Part shown: positions 34,836 to 43,185 of the stretch, piece after piece
Position numbering within the stretch: the stretch's first letter is position 1
How the letters are laid out: each line of letters begins with the position of its first letter
DNA from: Myxococcota bacterium
GTDB taxonomy: Bacteria > Myxococcota_A > UBA9160 > UBA4427
DNA length: 64,000 nucleotides
NCBI GenBank assembly: GCA_046583195.1
Contig: JAYGCV010000057.1
Span: 13,237 to 77,236, forward strand
Direction of reading: 5' to 3'
Position numbers and translations under genes: made by a program
The notes under the pieces: generated by a model
The model's database searches: none
What the model was told of the DNA's origin: nothing
What the model saw: the letters and a program-made list of their open reading frames with translations, nothing else

Positions 34836-35708
34836 ATGCAGATCGGCTCCGAGGCCCACAAGGAACTCTTTATTCGGACTTTTCACGAGGGCCATCGGCG
34901 CTACGAACCGAAGGATCTCGACTGGCCTGAACTCGCTTCCGACGAACTGGCGCTGCTTCGGGGGCTGCCGTTCTGGACCCACGCTCTCGAGTTCGAGTCC
35001 GCTGCTGGGCCGATGATCCGCTCCCTGGCGGCCACCATCGACGACCGGGAAATTCGCGAGGCTCTCGAGCTGCAGGCCTACGAAGAATCCCGTCACGCCG
35101 ATCTCGTCGCCTTCATGCTGGCGCGTTACGACCTGCCCTTCGAAGAGAGGCCCCTCGAAGCGGTGGAGAATCCGCTGGGCGCGTTCATCCACTTCGGCTT
35201 CGAGGAATGCCTCGATTCCTTCGGCGGTTTTGGGCTTTTCAAATTGGCGCGCGATTCTGAACTGTTGCCCGAGGGCATTTTCGCCATCTTCGAGAACGTG
35301 ATGCGGGAAGAGGCCCAGCACATCGTCTTTTTCGTCAATTGGTTCGCGCACCACCAGGCCCAGAAGGGGCTGCCGTGGTTGCGCGGCCCCCGCGGGCTCT
35401 GGCACTACGCCCTTGCGGTGGCTCAACTCGGCGACCTGGTCCGCGGGGGGGAGGATGAGGAGGAGGGGGCCGACTTCATCGCCACCGGGGCGAAGGCCTT
35501 TGTCGACGACCTCTCGGTGGGGCTCGTGCTCGAGGCCTGCGTTTCGGAGAACGAGCGTCGCTTGGCCGGCTTCGACCGCCGCCTGCTCGTGCCGCGCTTC
35601 GTACCGAGCCTGGCAGCGGCCGCGCTGGCGGTCCTCGATCGATTGCCGCGCCGCCGCGCCGCGAAATCCACCGAATCATCGCGAAGGGTGAGGGCGCCGC
35701 GCGGGTGA
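34836..35708 (+). CDS. Ferritin-like diiron-carboxylate protein (putative oxygenase/desaturase)
   Basis: Two E-x2-H boxes in helical context (LQAYEESRHADL and NVMREEAQHIVFF), plus additional acidic ligand candidates (HALEFES, FGFEECL). Confidence 0.7.
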   Translation: MQIGSEAHKELFIRTFHEGHRRYEPKDLDWPELASDELALLRGLPFWTHALEFESAAGPMIRSLAATIDDREIREALELQAYEESRHADLVAFMLARYDLPFEERPLEAVENPLGAFIHFGFEECLDSFGGFGLFKLARDSELLPEGIFAIFENVMREEAQHIVFFVNWFAHHQAQKGLPWLRGPRGLWHYALAVAQLGDLVRGGEDEEEGADFIATGAKAFVDDLSVGLVLEACVSENERRLAGFDRRLLVPRFVPSLAAAALAVLDRLPRRRAAKSTESSRRVRAPRG

Positions 35709-35730
35709 GTGCGGGTTCGGGTTTCGAAGG

Positions 35731-36786
35731 GTGACGCGATTCGTATCGCTGATGTTGCTGGCCGGTGTGATCCTGCTCGGCGTCGTGATCGCAGAGACCG
35801 ATCTCGAGCGTGCGGCCTTGCTGGTGCGCGAACTGGGCCTCTCCGGGATCGGTCTCGTGTTGGCGATCTACTTCGCGGGTTTCGTGGTATTGACCGGCTC
35901 CTGGCTGGTCACCCTGCCTTCGGTTGCGATCTCGTCGCGCTGGCTCTACCGCCTGTGGAAGGTGCTGATGGTCGGTTCGGCCCTCGACAGCGTGACACCG
36001 TTGGCGGGAATCGGCGGCGAGCCGGTGAAGGCCGCGATGTTGAAGCGGCTTTACGGCATCGCCTACCGCGAGGGAGTCTCCTCTCTCGTGCTGACCCGGA
36101 TGACCGACCTGATCGCGCAGGTGATTTTCATCTCGATCGGCTTCGCGCTGATGTTCGGCGAGGAGCCGTTTCCAGAGGGCTTCCGTTGGGCGGCGGGCGC
36201 GGGCCTGGTCGCCTTCAGCCTCGCGATTGGGCTCTTCTTTTTGGCCCAGCGAAAGCGTGGTTTCAGCTGGCTCCGCGGGCGCCTCGAAGGGGGCTGGTTG
36301 AATCGAATACTCGGCGCCCGCGCCCAACAGGCCCTCACCGCGCTAAAGGATGTCGAGGATCGCCTGGTCGGTTTCTATTGGGGAGAACGCGCGCGCTTCG
36401 GGGCCTCGGTGGCCCTGGCCTTCGCCGACTGGATGGCTTCGGCGGTCGCGACCTACCTGGCGATCCGCCTGCTTGGGTTCACGATCGGCTTCGGGGATGC
36501 CCTCGCGATCGAGGCCTTCGTGGTGCTGGTGCGGTCGGTATTCTTCTTCGTACCCGCGGACATCGGGACCCAGGACGCTGCCCTGGTGCTGGTGTGCGAA
36601 GCGGTGACGGGCTCGGCGCCGCTGGGTCTCGCGCTCGCGGTCCTGCGCCGGATACGGGATATCGGCTTCATCGCCTGGGGGCTCGGGATCGGATGGGCTC
36701 ACTCGCTCGGCCCCCGCTCAATGGCCCGGGCGGCGCTGCGCGAGAAGCAGGAGGCGGCGAGTGAAGTGCGCGCGGAGGGGCCGTGA
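35731..36786 (+). CDS. UPF0104 / lysyl-PG-synthase-TM 'flippase-like' membrane protein (HpnL-like)
   Basis: About 8 TM helices. The conserved loop TPLAGIGGEPVKAAMLKR is typical of this family. The start is uncertain (GTG 35731 or ATG 35752). Confidence 0.75.
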   Translation: MTRFVSLMLLAGVILLGVVIAETDLERAALLVRELGLSGIGLVLAIYFAGFVVLTGSWLVTLPSVAISSRWLYRLWKVLMVGSALDSVTPLAGIGGEPVKAAMLKRLYGIAYREGVSSLVLTRMTDLIAQVIFISIGFALMFGEEPFPEGFRWAAGAGLVAFSLAIGLFFLAQRKRGFSWLRGRLEGGWLNRILGARAQQALTALKDVEDRLVGFYWGERARFGASVALAFADWMASAVATYLAIRLLGFTIGFGDALAIEAFVVLVRSVFFFVPADIGTQDAALVLVCEAVTGSAPLGLALAVLRRIRDIGFIAWGLGIGWAHSLGPRSMARAALREKQEAASEVRAEGP

Positions 36787-36852
36787 TCGGCGTCGTACCC
36801 GACCCTGGCCGCAGGCTGTCCTACGCTGGGCCCCGATGAAGGGCCGGCCACG

Positions 36853-38241
36853 ATGAAATCGCCGAGATCTCGCGTTCGCCATGGGGGCGTGTTGCTCGCG
36901 TTTGTCTGCCTGCCCGTTGGCGCGTGGGCCGCGGAGGCGGGGCGCCCGGCCGCGGAACCCGGTCGGGTGGCCGTTGAAACACTCTCGCTGGGAGAAGCCG
37001 TGGAGCGGGCGATGCGCGACGGCGCTCCGACACAGATTGCCGGTCTCGAAACCGATCGCGCGCGCGAAGCGGCCCTCGAGACGCTCGGGGCCTACCTGCC
37101 CCAATTGATGATCACCTCCCAGGCAGGCTGGTCGAATCGCATCGGCGAAAAGATGGTGGCGGGGGACGGGAAGGTCTACGGACTCGACAACCTCGGGAAC
37201 GACCCCTGGGTCGACGTATTCGTCCAGCAGGCGCTCTTGGATCTTCCCCTGTGGCGACGCATCGGGCGGCAGCAGCTCGGCACGAAACTCGCTGAACTCG
37301 CAGAGCGGCAGGTTCGTGAAGCGGTGGTCTACGAAGTTTTGAAGCTGTACTCGAACCTGGCCCGGATCGAAGAGCTGGAGCGGGCCGCCGATGCGCATCG
37401 CAACGCGCTCGACCGGTTGGTCCGGCGTGCGGACCACTTGCTTGCCGCCGGACACGCGCTGAAATCGGAGCGCGACGCGACGCACCACGCGCACGAGGAC
37501 GCGCAGCTTCTGTTGGAAGGGTTCGCTCTCGAGCGCGACGCACTGGGCGCGGAGCTGCGCCTGGCCCTCGGCGAAGGGCGGGGGGGCGCGCTCGCGACTC
37601 GCCCGGAGACGCTGCCCGAGCCGCGTCCGGCCGTTTTCGAGGAGGGGATCCTCGTGGCGGTGCAACGCGCGCCTGGTGTTCAGATCCTGCAACTCGAGCG
37701 GCAGATCGGAGACGCCACCGTCGGCGTCGCCGAGGCCGAGCGCTGGCCGCGGATGGTGCTGCGCGGCGGGTACGCGAACTACGGCATCAAACGCTTCGAC
37801 GAGTTCGACGACGCCGGCTACATCTTCATGGGAATGGAGGTTCCCCTGTTCGACGGCTTCCAGAATCGATACAAGGTAGGCGGCGCCCAGAAGACGGCCG
37901 AGATTGCGCGTCTTCGAGCGCGCTCCTTTGCCACCGCCACCCGCGGCCGGGTCGAGGCGCTGAATCGCGAACTCGTGCTGCTGGCGCGCCGCGCGTCGCT
38001 GGCGGAGCGACGGGCCGTGTCCGCGGCATCCCAGGCCGAGATCGCCGCCCTCAATCTCGACACTCGGCGCGGAAGCATCGAGGCGGCGCTCGCCGCCCAC
38101 GCGCGGCACGCCGAACGGGTCGTTGCGGCGGTTGAGTTTCGCTACGCACGGATCGAAGTCTGGGCTCGCTTGCAGCGAGAACTCGGACGCCTCGGCAGCG
38201 CTCTTGGCGAACCGCCGACCGCGCCGGTGGTGAAACACTGA
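36853..38241 (+). CDS. TolC-family outer-membrane efflux protein
   Basis: Signal peptide MKSPRSRVRHGGVLLAFVCLPVGAWA. Two-fold repeat of long helical / beta segments. LSLGEAVERA start typical of OEP proteins. Confidence 0.85.
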   Translation: MKSPRSRVRHGGVLLAFVCLPVGAWAAEAGRPAAEPGRVAVETLSLGEAVERAMRDGAPTQIAGLETDRAREAALETLGAYLPQLMITSQAGWSNRIGEKMVAGDGKVYGLDNLGNDPWVDVFVQQALLDLPLWRRIGRQQLGTKLAELAERQVREAVVYEVLKLYSNLARIEELERAADAHRNALDRLVRRADHLLAAGHALKSERDATHHAHEDAQLLLEGFALERDALGAELRLALGEGRGGALATRPETLPEPRPAVFEEGILVAVQRAPGVQILQLERQIGDATVGVAEAERWPRMVLRGGYANYGIKRFDEFDDAGYIFMGMEVPLFDGFQNRYKVGGAQKTAEIARLRARSFATATRGRVEALNRELVLLARRASLAERRAVSAASQAEIAALNLDTRRGSIEAALAAHARHAERVVAAVEFRYARIEVWARLQRELGRLGSALGEPPTAPVVKH

Positions 38242-39365
38242 TGCCCGGAAATCGCTGGGTGGTCGCTGCGGGCTTCCTGCTCCTGGCTCTGGGACTGGTA
38301 TGGTGCGCGCGCGAGCCCCTGTCCCAGGTCGAAGTCGTGCGCGCGGTGTACGCGCCGATCGAGGTCACGGTGGCGACGAATGGCACCGTCGAGCCCATTG
38401 CGAAGGCCCCCGTTCGCTCGCGTCTGGACGGGCGCGTGGTGGAGGTTCCGGACCCGGGGGTGAAGGTCGAACTCGGCGACGTGATCCTGCGCATCGACGC
38501 GGGTCCCGTCGAGTCGGAGTGGGCTACGGCGCGCTCGCTGCGACTGGCGGCCCAGGATTCGCTGCGGGCGGCGGAGGATCATTTTGAACGGGTGCAAAAG
38601 CGTGCCGAGACCGACGCGATGCTCTTTGAAGCAGAGGCCCTGACGCGCCACGCGCTGGACGAGAGCCGGGCAGAACTTCGCGAAGCGGCGGCGCAGTTTC
38701 GGCACCTCGAAGGCGCGGTGCCGCTGCAGGTGGAGGCGCTTGACCTTCGAATCGCGGAGCTCGTCGCGCGGCGCGATGCGTCGTCGCTGCGCGCGACCTT
38801 TGCGGGGACGGTCTACCGGACTCATGTAAAGGTGGGTGAATCGGTTCGCGTGGGGGACCCGGTCCTGCACGTCGCCGAACTCGGTCGACTCAGGGTTCGA
38901 ACGAACATCGACCAGGTCGACCTCGGTCGCGTCGCGGTCGGGCAGTCGGTGCGGATCGAGTCGAACGCCTATCCGGGTCGCGCCTGGCGTGCGCAGATGG
39001 CGGAAGTGATTCCGAACGTCGCCTTGAAGGACAGTCGGCGGGTGGCCGAGGGGCTCGCGGAAGTGGAGCCGCCGACCGAGGGGCTCGTCCCCGGCATGAC
39101 CGTCGACGTCGAGATTCTGATCGATGCTTCACCGCGGGCGCTGCAGGTCCCGATCGAGGCGGTGTTCTCGGACCCGGTCGGATCGCATGTCTACCGGCTC
39201 GACGACGGACGCGTAAGAGAGACGCGCGTACGCTTGGGGCGAGCGACGGTGTCCAGCGTAGAAGTGCTCGAGGGTCTGGCAGACGGCGACTGGGTAGTGC
39301 TGGGGCCGCTCTCGAACCTCTCCGATGGGGATGCGGTCAAGGCGCAGAAGCGTGGCGACGGCTGA
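38241..39365 (+). CDS. HlyD/MacA-type periplasmic adaptor (MFP)
   Basis: ATG shares one nucleotide with the TolC stop (TGATG). TM anchor, coiled coil and the lipoyl-like motif LRATFAGTVYRTHVKVGESV. Confidence 0.85.
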   Translation: MPGNRWVVAAGFLLLALGLVWCAREPLSQVEVVRAVYAPIEVTVATNGTVEPIAKAPVRSRLDGRVVEVPDPGVKVELGDVILRIDAGPVESEWATARSLRLAAQDSLRAAEDHFERVQKRAETDAMLFEAEALTRHALDESRAELREAAAQFRHLEGAVPLQVEALDLRIAELVARRDASSLRATFAGTVYRTHVKVGESVRVGDPVLHVAELGRLRVRTNIDQVDLGRVAVGQSVRIESNAYPGRAWRAQMAEVIPNVALKDSRRVAEGLAEVEPPTEGLVPGMTVDVEILIDASPRALQVPIEAVFSDPVGSHVYRLDDGRVRETRVRLGRATVSSVEVLEGLADGDWVVLGPLSNLSDGDAVKAQKRGDG

Positions 39366-39399
39366 CCCCGGCAGAACCGACCTCGTGAGCGCGTCGCCG

Positions 39400-40077
39400 A
39401 TGATCGCCCTCGAGGCCGTCTCGAAGACCTACCAGCACGGCGACGTGCCGGTGTGCGCCCTCGACGGTATCGATCTCGAGATTCACGAGGGGGAGTTCGT
39501 TGCAATCATGGGGCCTTCGGGTTCCGGCAAGTCGACCCTCCTGCACATTCTCGGGCTGCTCGATTCGGACTATCGCGGTCGCTACCGGCTGAAGGGCCGC
39601 GAGACCTCGAATCTCGGCCTGGACGCGCTCGCGCCCGTGCGCAATCGGGAAGTGGGCTTCGTCTTCCAGGCCTTCCACCTGCTGCCCAACCTTTCGATCC
39701 TCGAAAATGCGGCATTGCCCGCGCTCTATGCTCGTGACCGCGAGGAGGAAGCGTGCTTCGAGGCCGCGCGCCATCGACTCGCACAGGTGGGTCTGGAGAA
39801 CCGCCTCGACCACCGGCCCAGCCAGCTGTCGATCGGACAGTGCCAGCGCGCCGGGATCGCGCGCGCGTTGGTTAACGACCCCAGCCTGCTGCTGGCAGAC
39901 GAGCCGACGGGCGCGCTCGATTCGAAGACCGCCCAGGAGATTCTCGGGATCCTGGAGGAACTCTACGAACAGGGGCGCACCGTGGTGCTCGTAACCCACG
40001 ACGCCGAGGTCGCGAAGTCCGCCAGGCGCATCGTCCACGTGCGCGATGGTCGCTGCGAAAACGGCCGGGCCCAGTAG
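39400..40077 (+). CDS. ABC transporter ATP-binding protein (MacB/DevA/LolD type)
   Basis: Walker A GPSGSGKST, Walker B LLLADEPT and H-loop VTHD. The signature motif is deviant, LSIGQCQR instead of LSGGQ. The start could instead be GTG 39385. Confidence 0.85.
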   Translation: MIALEAVSKTYQHGDVPVCALDGIDLEIHEGEFVAIMGPSGSGKSTLLHILGLLDSDYRGRYRLKGRETSNLGLDALAPVRNREVGFVFQAFHLLPNLSILENAALPALYARDREEEACFEAARHRLAQVGLENRLDHRPSQLSIGQCQRAGIARALVNDPSLLLADEPTGALDSKTAQEILGILEELYEQGRTVVLVTHDAEVAKSARRIVHVRDGRCENGRAQ

Positions 40078-40093
40078 GCGCGGCGAGTCGCGG

Positions 40094-41302
40094 TCATTCG
40101 TAGCTGAGAGCCTCGACCAGGTTCATGTTGGCTGCCTTTCGAGCGGGATAGAGCCCGAAAAAAATCCCGACCGCCAGGCTGACACTAAAGGCGACGACGA
40201 TGCTGGCTGCCGAGATGGGAACGGCCACGCCGTTTACGAGTCCGACGTACCACGGGAGTGCGACGCCCAGCAAGAGGCCGAGCACGCCGCCCGCCAGGCT
40301 GAGGATCGCGGCCTCCAGGAGGAACTGCAGCAGGATGTCCTGGCGTCCCGCTCCCAGCGCCAGGCGGATGCCGATGTCGCGGGTTCGCTCGCTCACCGTG
40401 ACCAGCATGATGTTCATGATCCCGATCCCGCCCACGAGCAGCGAGACACCCGCGATCGCGAGCAGACCGAGAGAAATCCCATCGGAGATGCGGTCGACCA
40501 GTTTTACGTACTGCGTGAGGGACATCATCGTGAAGCCGTCGGTGCTGCGGTGGCGCTCCCGCATCACAGAAGTGGCGGCGGCCAGCACTTCCGGGACGGC
40601 AGCGCGGCTCTGGGCCTGGATATAGAGCGTGTAGGCCCAGCGTGCGTCGGACAGGTTCCGAAAGGTCTGGAAGGGGATGATGGCGGCGAGTCCGGCCGCC
40701 TCGCTCTGCTCGACGGCCGCGGCGCTCTCCACCGCTTCGCGAAAGACGCCCACTACCGGAAAGCGCAGGCCAAAGAGTCGCAGGCTGCGGCCGCGGATGT
40801 CGGTACTCCCGAAAGCTTCCTCCGCGAGTTTTTTCGAGACAATCGCGACCTTCGCGCCGGTGACCTCGTCGGAGTCCCCGAGGAAGCGGCCCGAAACGAC
40901 GACGAGGTTGCGGACGCTGGCGTAGGCGGGCGGCGTGCCCAGGACGCGCATCGATTTTTCTTCGTTGCGAACCGAGAAATTCTGCATCTCGTGGAGTACC
41001 GGGGCCATGGCGCTGACGTAGGGCACTCGCTCTTCGAGTGCATCGATATCACCGAAGGTGAGTTGCTCGGGGCTCGTGCCCTCGTCTTTCGAGTAGATAA
41101 TGACGAGGTTGGTCCCGATGCCCTCGATCAAACCCACCACGTAGTCGCGGCCCACCAACCCGATCGAGATCACCGCCACGACGCTCGCCGTGCCAATGGC
41201 CATGCCGGTGATCGTGAGGAGCGAGCGCCCGCGCTGCGCCGCGAGCCCATCGAGGGCGAAGCGCAAGAGCAACCGCAGGGATGCGAGGGCCGGGATCGGC
41301 AT
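40094..41302 (-). CDS. ABC transporter permease, MacB/DevC-type (MacB periplasmic core + FtsX domain)
   Basis: TM1, a roughly 220-aa periplasmic domain, then the FtsX region ERTRDIGIRLALGAGRQDILLQFLLEAAILSLAGGVLG. ATG at 41302. It lies on the opposite strand from its presumed ATPase. Confidence 0.85.
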   Translation of the reverse strand: MPIPALASLRLLLRFALDGLAAQRGRSLLTITGMAIGTASVVAVISIGLVGRDYVVGLIEGIGTNLVIIYSKDEGTSPEQLTFGDIDALEERVPYVSAMAPVLHEMQNFSVRNEEKSMRVLGTPPAYASVRNLVVVSGRFLGDSDEVTGAKVAIVSKKLAEEAFGSTDIRGRSLRLFGLRFPVVGVFREAVESAAAVEQSEAAGLAAIIPFQTFRNLSDARWAYTLYIQAQSRAAVPEVLAAATSVMRERHRSTDGFTMMSLTQYVKLVDRISDGISLGLLAIAGVSLLVGGIGIMNIMLVTVSERTRDIGIRLALGAGRQDILLQFLLEAAILSLAGGVLGLLLGVALPWYVGLVNGVAVPISAASIVVAFSVSLAVGIFFGLYPARKAANMNLVEALSYE

Positions 41303-41372
41303 GGGCGTGTTTCTCGCGGGGCCGTGATTCGACCGTAGGAGACGCGTCAGTGTATCCGTCGTCGGCGGGCTC

Positions 41373-42221
41373 TCAAGGCCGGACCGGGCCGGCGGACGCG
41401 AGGCCGCGAAAGCGGATCGGTTCGAGCCCGAGGGCATCGAGTCGTGCTCGCACCCGCGGACTGACGAGCGCCTTGAACTCGGCCTGGTAGGCGCTTCCCG
41501 GCGAAACCCTCTCGATCTCGGCGCAGAAGCCGATCGCGGGGTGGAAATACATTTCGGTGGCACCCTCGGGCAAGCGCTCGAGCAGGGCCAGCAGCGTTTC
41601 CTCGTCCATCGACCCGCTGTCTTTCAGGCCGAAGACCTGATCGTTGCAAGCCACACCGGCACGCCCCAGGCGTCTCTGCATGAAATACAGCCAGGGGAAG
41701 AGGGCGGCGTCCCGCAGTGAAAACTGCCGGCTCACCGCGATTTCGCGGGGCAGCCGGATGGGAGGGTTTCCGTAGTCGCGGCCGATCGCAAGGAGCAGCG
41801 AGAGGATCGTCGGGTGGACGTGCAGGTGGTTGTGGGCGTTCACATGGTCGAGCACGAGCCCGGTGGCGGCGAAGGCCTCGAACTGGGCGCGGATCTCGGC
41901 CGCGAGCTGGCGGCGCGCCCGCGGGTCGAAGAAGAAGCGGAAGCTGGCGCGCACCAGTCGCTCGCTGAAATTGCCCGCTGCATCGACGAGAGCCGGCACG
42001 CGCTTTGGGGGAAGCACCGGGCGGCCCTCCACCAGCGCGACGTGCAAGCCGACGCCGAGTTCCGGCATCTGGTGGGCGCGGGCGATGGCGTCATCGGCGC
42101 AAGCGGCCCCCACCATCAGACTCGCGGTGCAAAGGATGCCCTCGCGGTGGGCGCGTTCGATCGCCCGGTTGACTTCCAGGGCCAGCCCGAAGTCGTCGCC
42201 TGTGACCAGGAGTTGTTTCAT
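41373..42221 (-). CDS. YdjC-family carbohydrate deacetylase (ChbG/HpnK-like)
   Basis: MKQLLVTGDDFGL...N.AI..A...GI...SLMV and DHVNAHNHLHVHP metal-site motifs, typical of YdjC. Confidence 0.85.
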   Translation of the reverse strand: MKQLLVTGDDFGLALEVNRAIERAHREGILCTASLMVGAACADDAIARAHQMPELGVGLHVALVEGRPVLPPKRVPALVDAAGNFSERLVRASFRFFFDPRARRQLAAEIRAQFEAFAATGLVLDHVNAHNHLHVHPTILSLLLAIGRDYGNPPIRLPREIAVSRQFSLRDAALFPWLYFMQRRLGRAGVACNDQVFGLKDSGSMDEETLLALLERLPEGATEMYFHPAIGFCAEIERVSPGSAYQAEFKALVSPRVRARLDALGLEPIRFRGLASAGPVRP

Positions 42222-42241
42222 CGCACTGGCCGTAGGGGCCG

Positions 42242-43174
42242 TCAGCGGCTCACCGGCGCGTCGCCCCAGGCCTTGCGGAACCACTCCACCGTGCGCGCCA
42301 GGCCCGTTTCAAAATCGATCTCGGCCTGCCAGCCGAGCTCGCGCTTTGCCTTCTCGGCCGAGACCAACTTGCCGCCGAAGTCGCCGGGACGGGCGGGGGT
42401 GAACTCGATCTGCACGTGGTCCCCCACGGCCTCGCGGATGCGTTCGGCGACTTCGAGCACCGTCACCGGCCGCGGGCCTTCGAGGTTGTAGGTCTCGCCG
42501 GCAGCACTCTCGGCCATGGCCAGGATGTGGGCGTCCGCGAGGTCGCGCACGTATAGGAACTTCCGGTACTGCTCGCCCCGACCCGCGATGGTGAGGGCTT
42601 CGCCCGCCAGCGCCTTCTTCAGGAAGATCGGGATCAGGAGTTCCTCGCGCATCCGGGGGCCGTAGGGGATGCCGTAGCGGAGCACCGTGAAGGGAAGTTC
42701 GTAGAGTTCGGCGTAGTTATGGCAGAGCATCTCGCAGGCCATCTTCGTCGAGGTGTAGATGTGTCCGGCTCCGTTCAGGTGGAAGGGGACGCTCTCGTCG
42801 ACTTCTTCGGCGTGCGGAACCCCGTTATAGACCCACACGGTCGAGGCCAGGTGGACCCGCGAGGCGCCATTGATGCGGGCTGATTCGAGAATGTTGGTGG
42901 TGCCCATCACGTTGAGGGCGGTGGTGTACACCGGGTACTTATGCGCGTAGTTCACGTTCGAGACCGCAGCGAGGTGGAAGATATGTTCCGCGCCCTTCGT
43001 CGCTTCGAGCACCGAGGAGAGGTCGAGCAGGTCGATGTCCTCAAAACCCACGTCGCTTCGGTGCGGACGCACGCGGTGATCGAGGACGGTGACGTCGTGT
43101 TCCGCGTCGACCAGCGCATCGACCACGTGCGAGCCGATGAATCCGCTTCCACCGGTAACGATGACCTTGCTCAC
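42242..43174 (-). CDS. NAD-dependent nucleotide-sugar epimerase/dehydratase
   Basis: VTGGSGFIGSH and the YTSTK catalytic pair. GTG 43174 is preceded by GGGAGA. Confidence 0.85.
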   Translation of the reverse strand: MSKVIVTGGSGFIGSHVVDALVDAEHDVTVLDHRVRPHRSDVGFEDIDLLDLSSVLEATKGAEHIFHLAAVSNVNYAHKYPVYTTALNVMGTTNILESARINGASRVHLASTVWVYNGVPHAEEVDESVPFHLNGAGHIYTSTKMACEMLCHNYAELYELPFTVLRYGIPYGPRMREELLIPIFLKKALAGEALTIAGRGEQYRKFLYVRDLADAHILAMAESAAGETYNLEGPRPVTVLEVAERIREAVGDHVQIEFTPARPGDFGGKLVSAEKAKRELGWQAEIDFETGLARTVEWFRKAWGDAPVSR

Positions 43175-43185
43175 GTTGCGTCTCC

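Noticed and set aside
38894-38902. GGTTCGAAC, a tRNA T-loop-like motif
   Set aside because: It lies inside the MacA-like MFP coding frame with no flanking acceptor or anticodon stem complementarity. No tRNA gene could be supported anywhere in the window.
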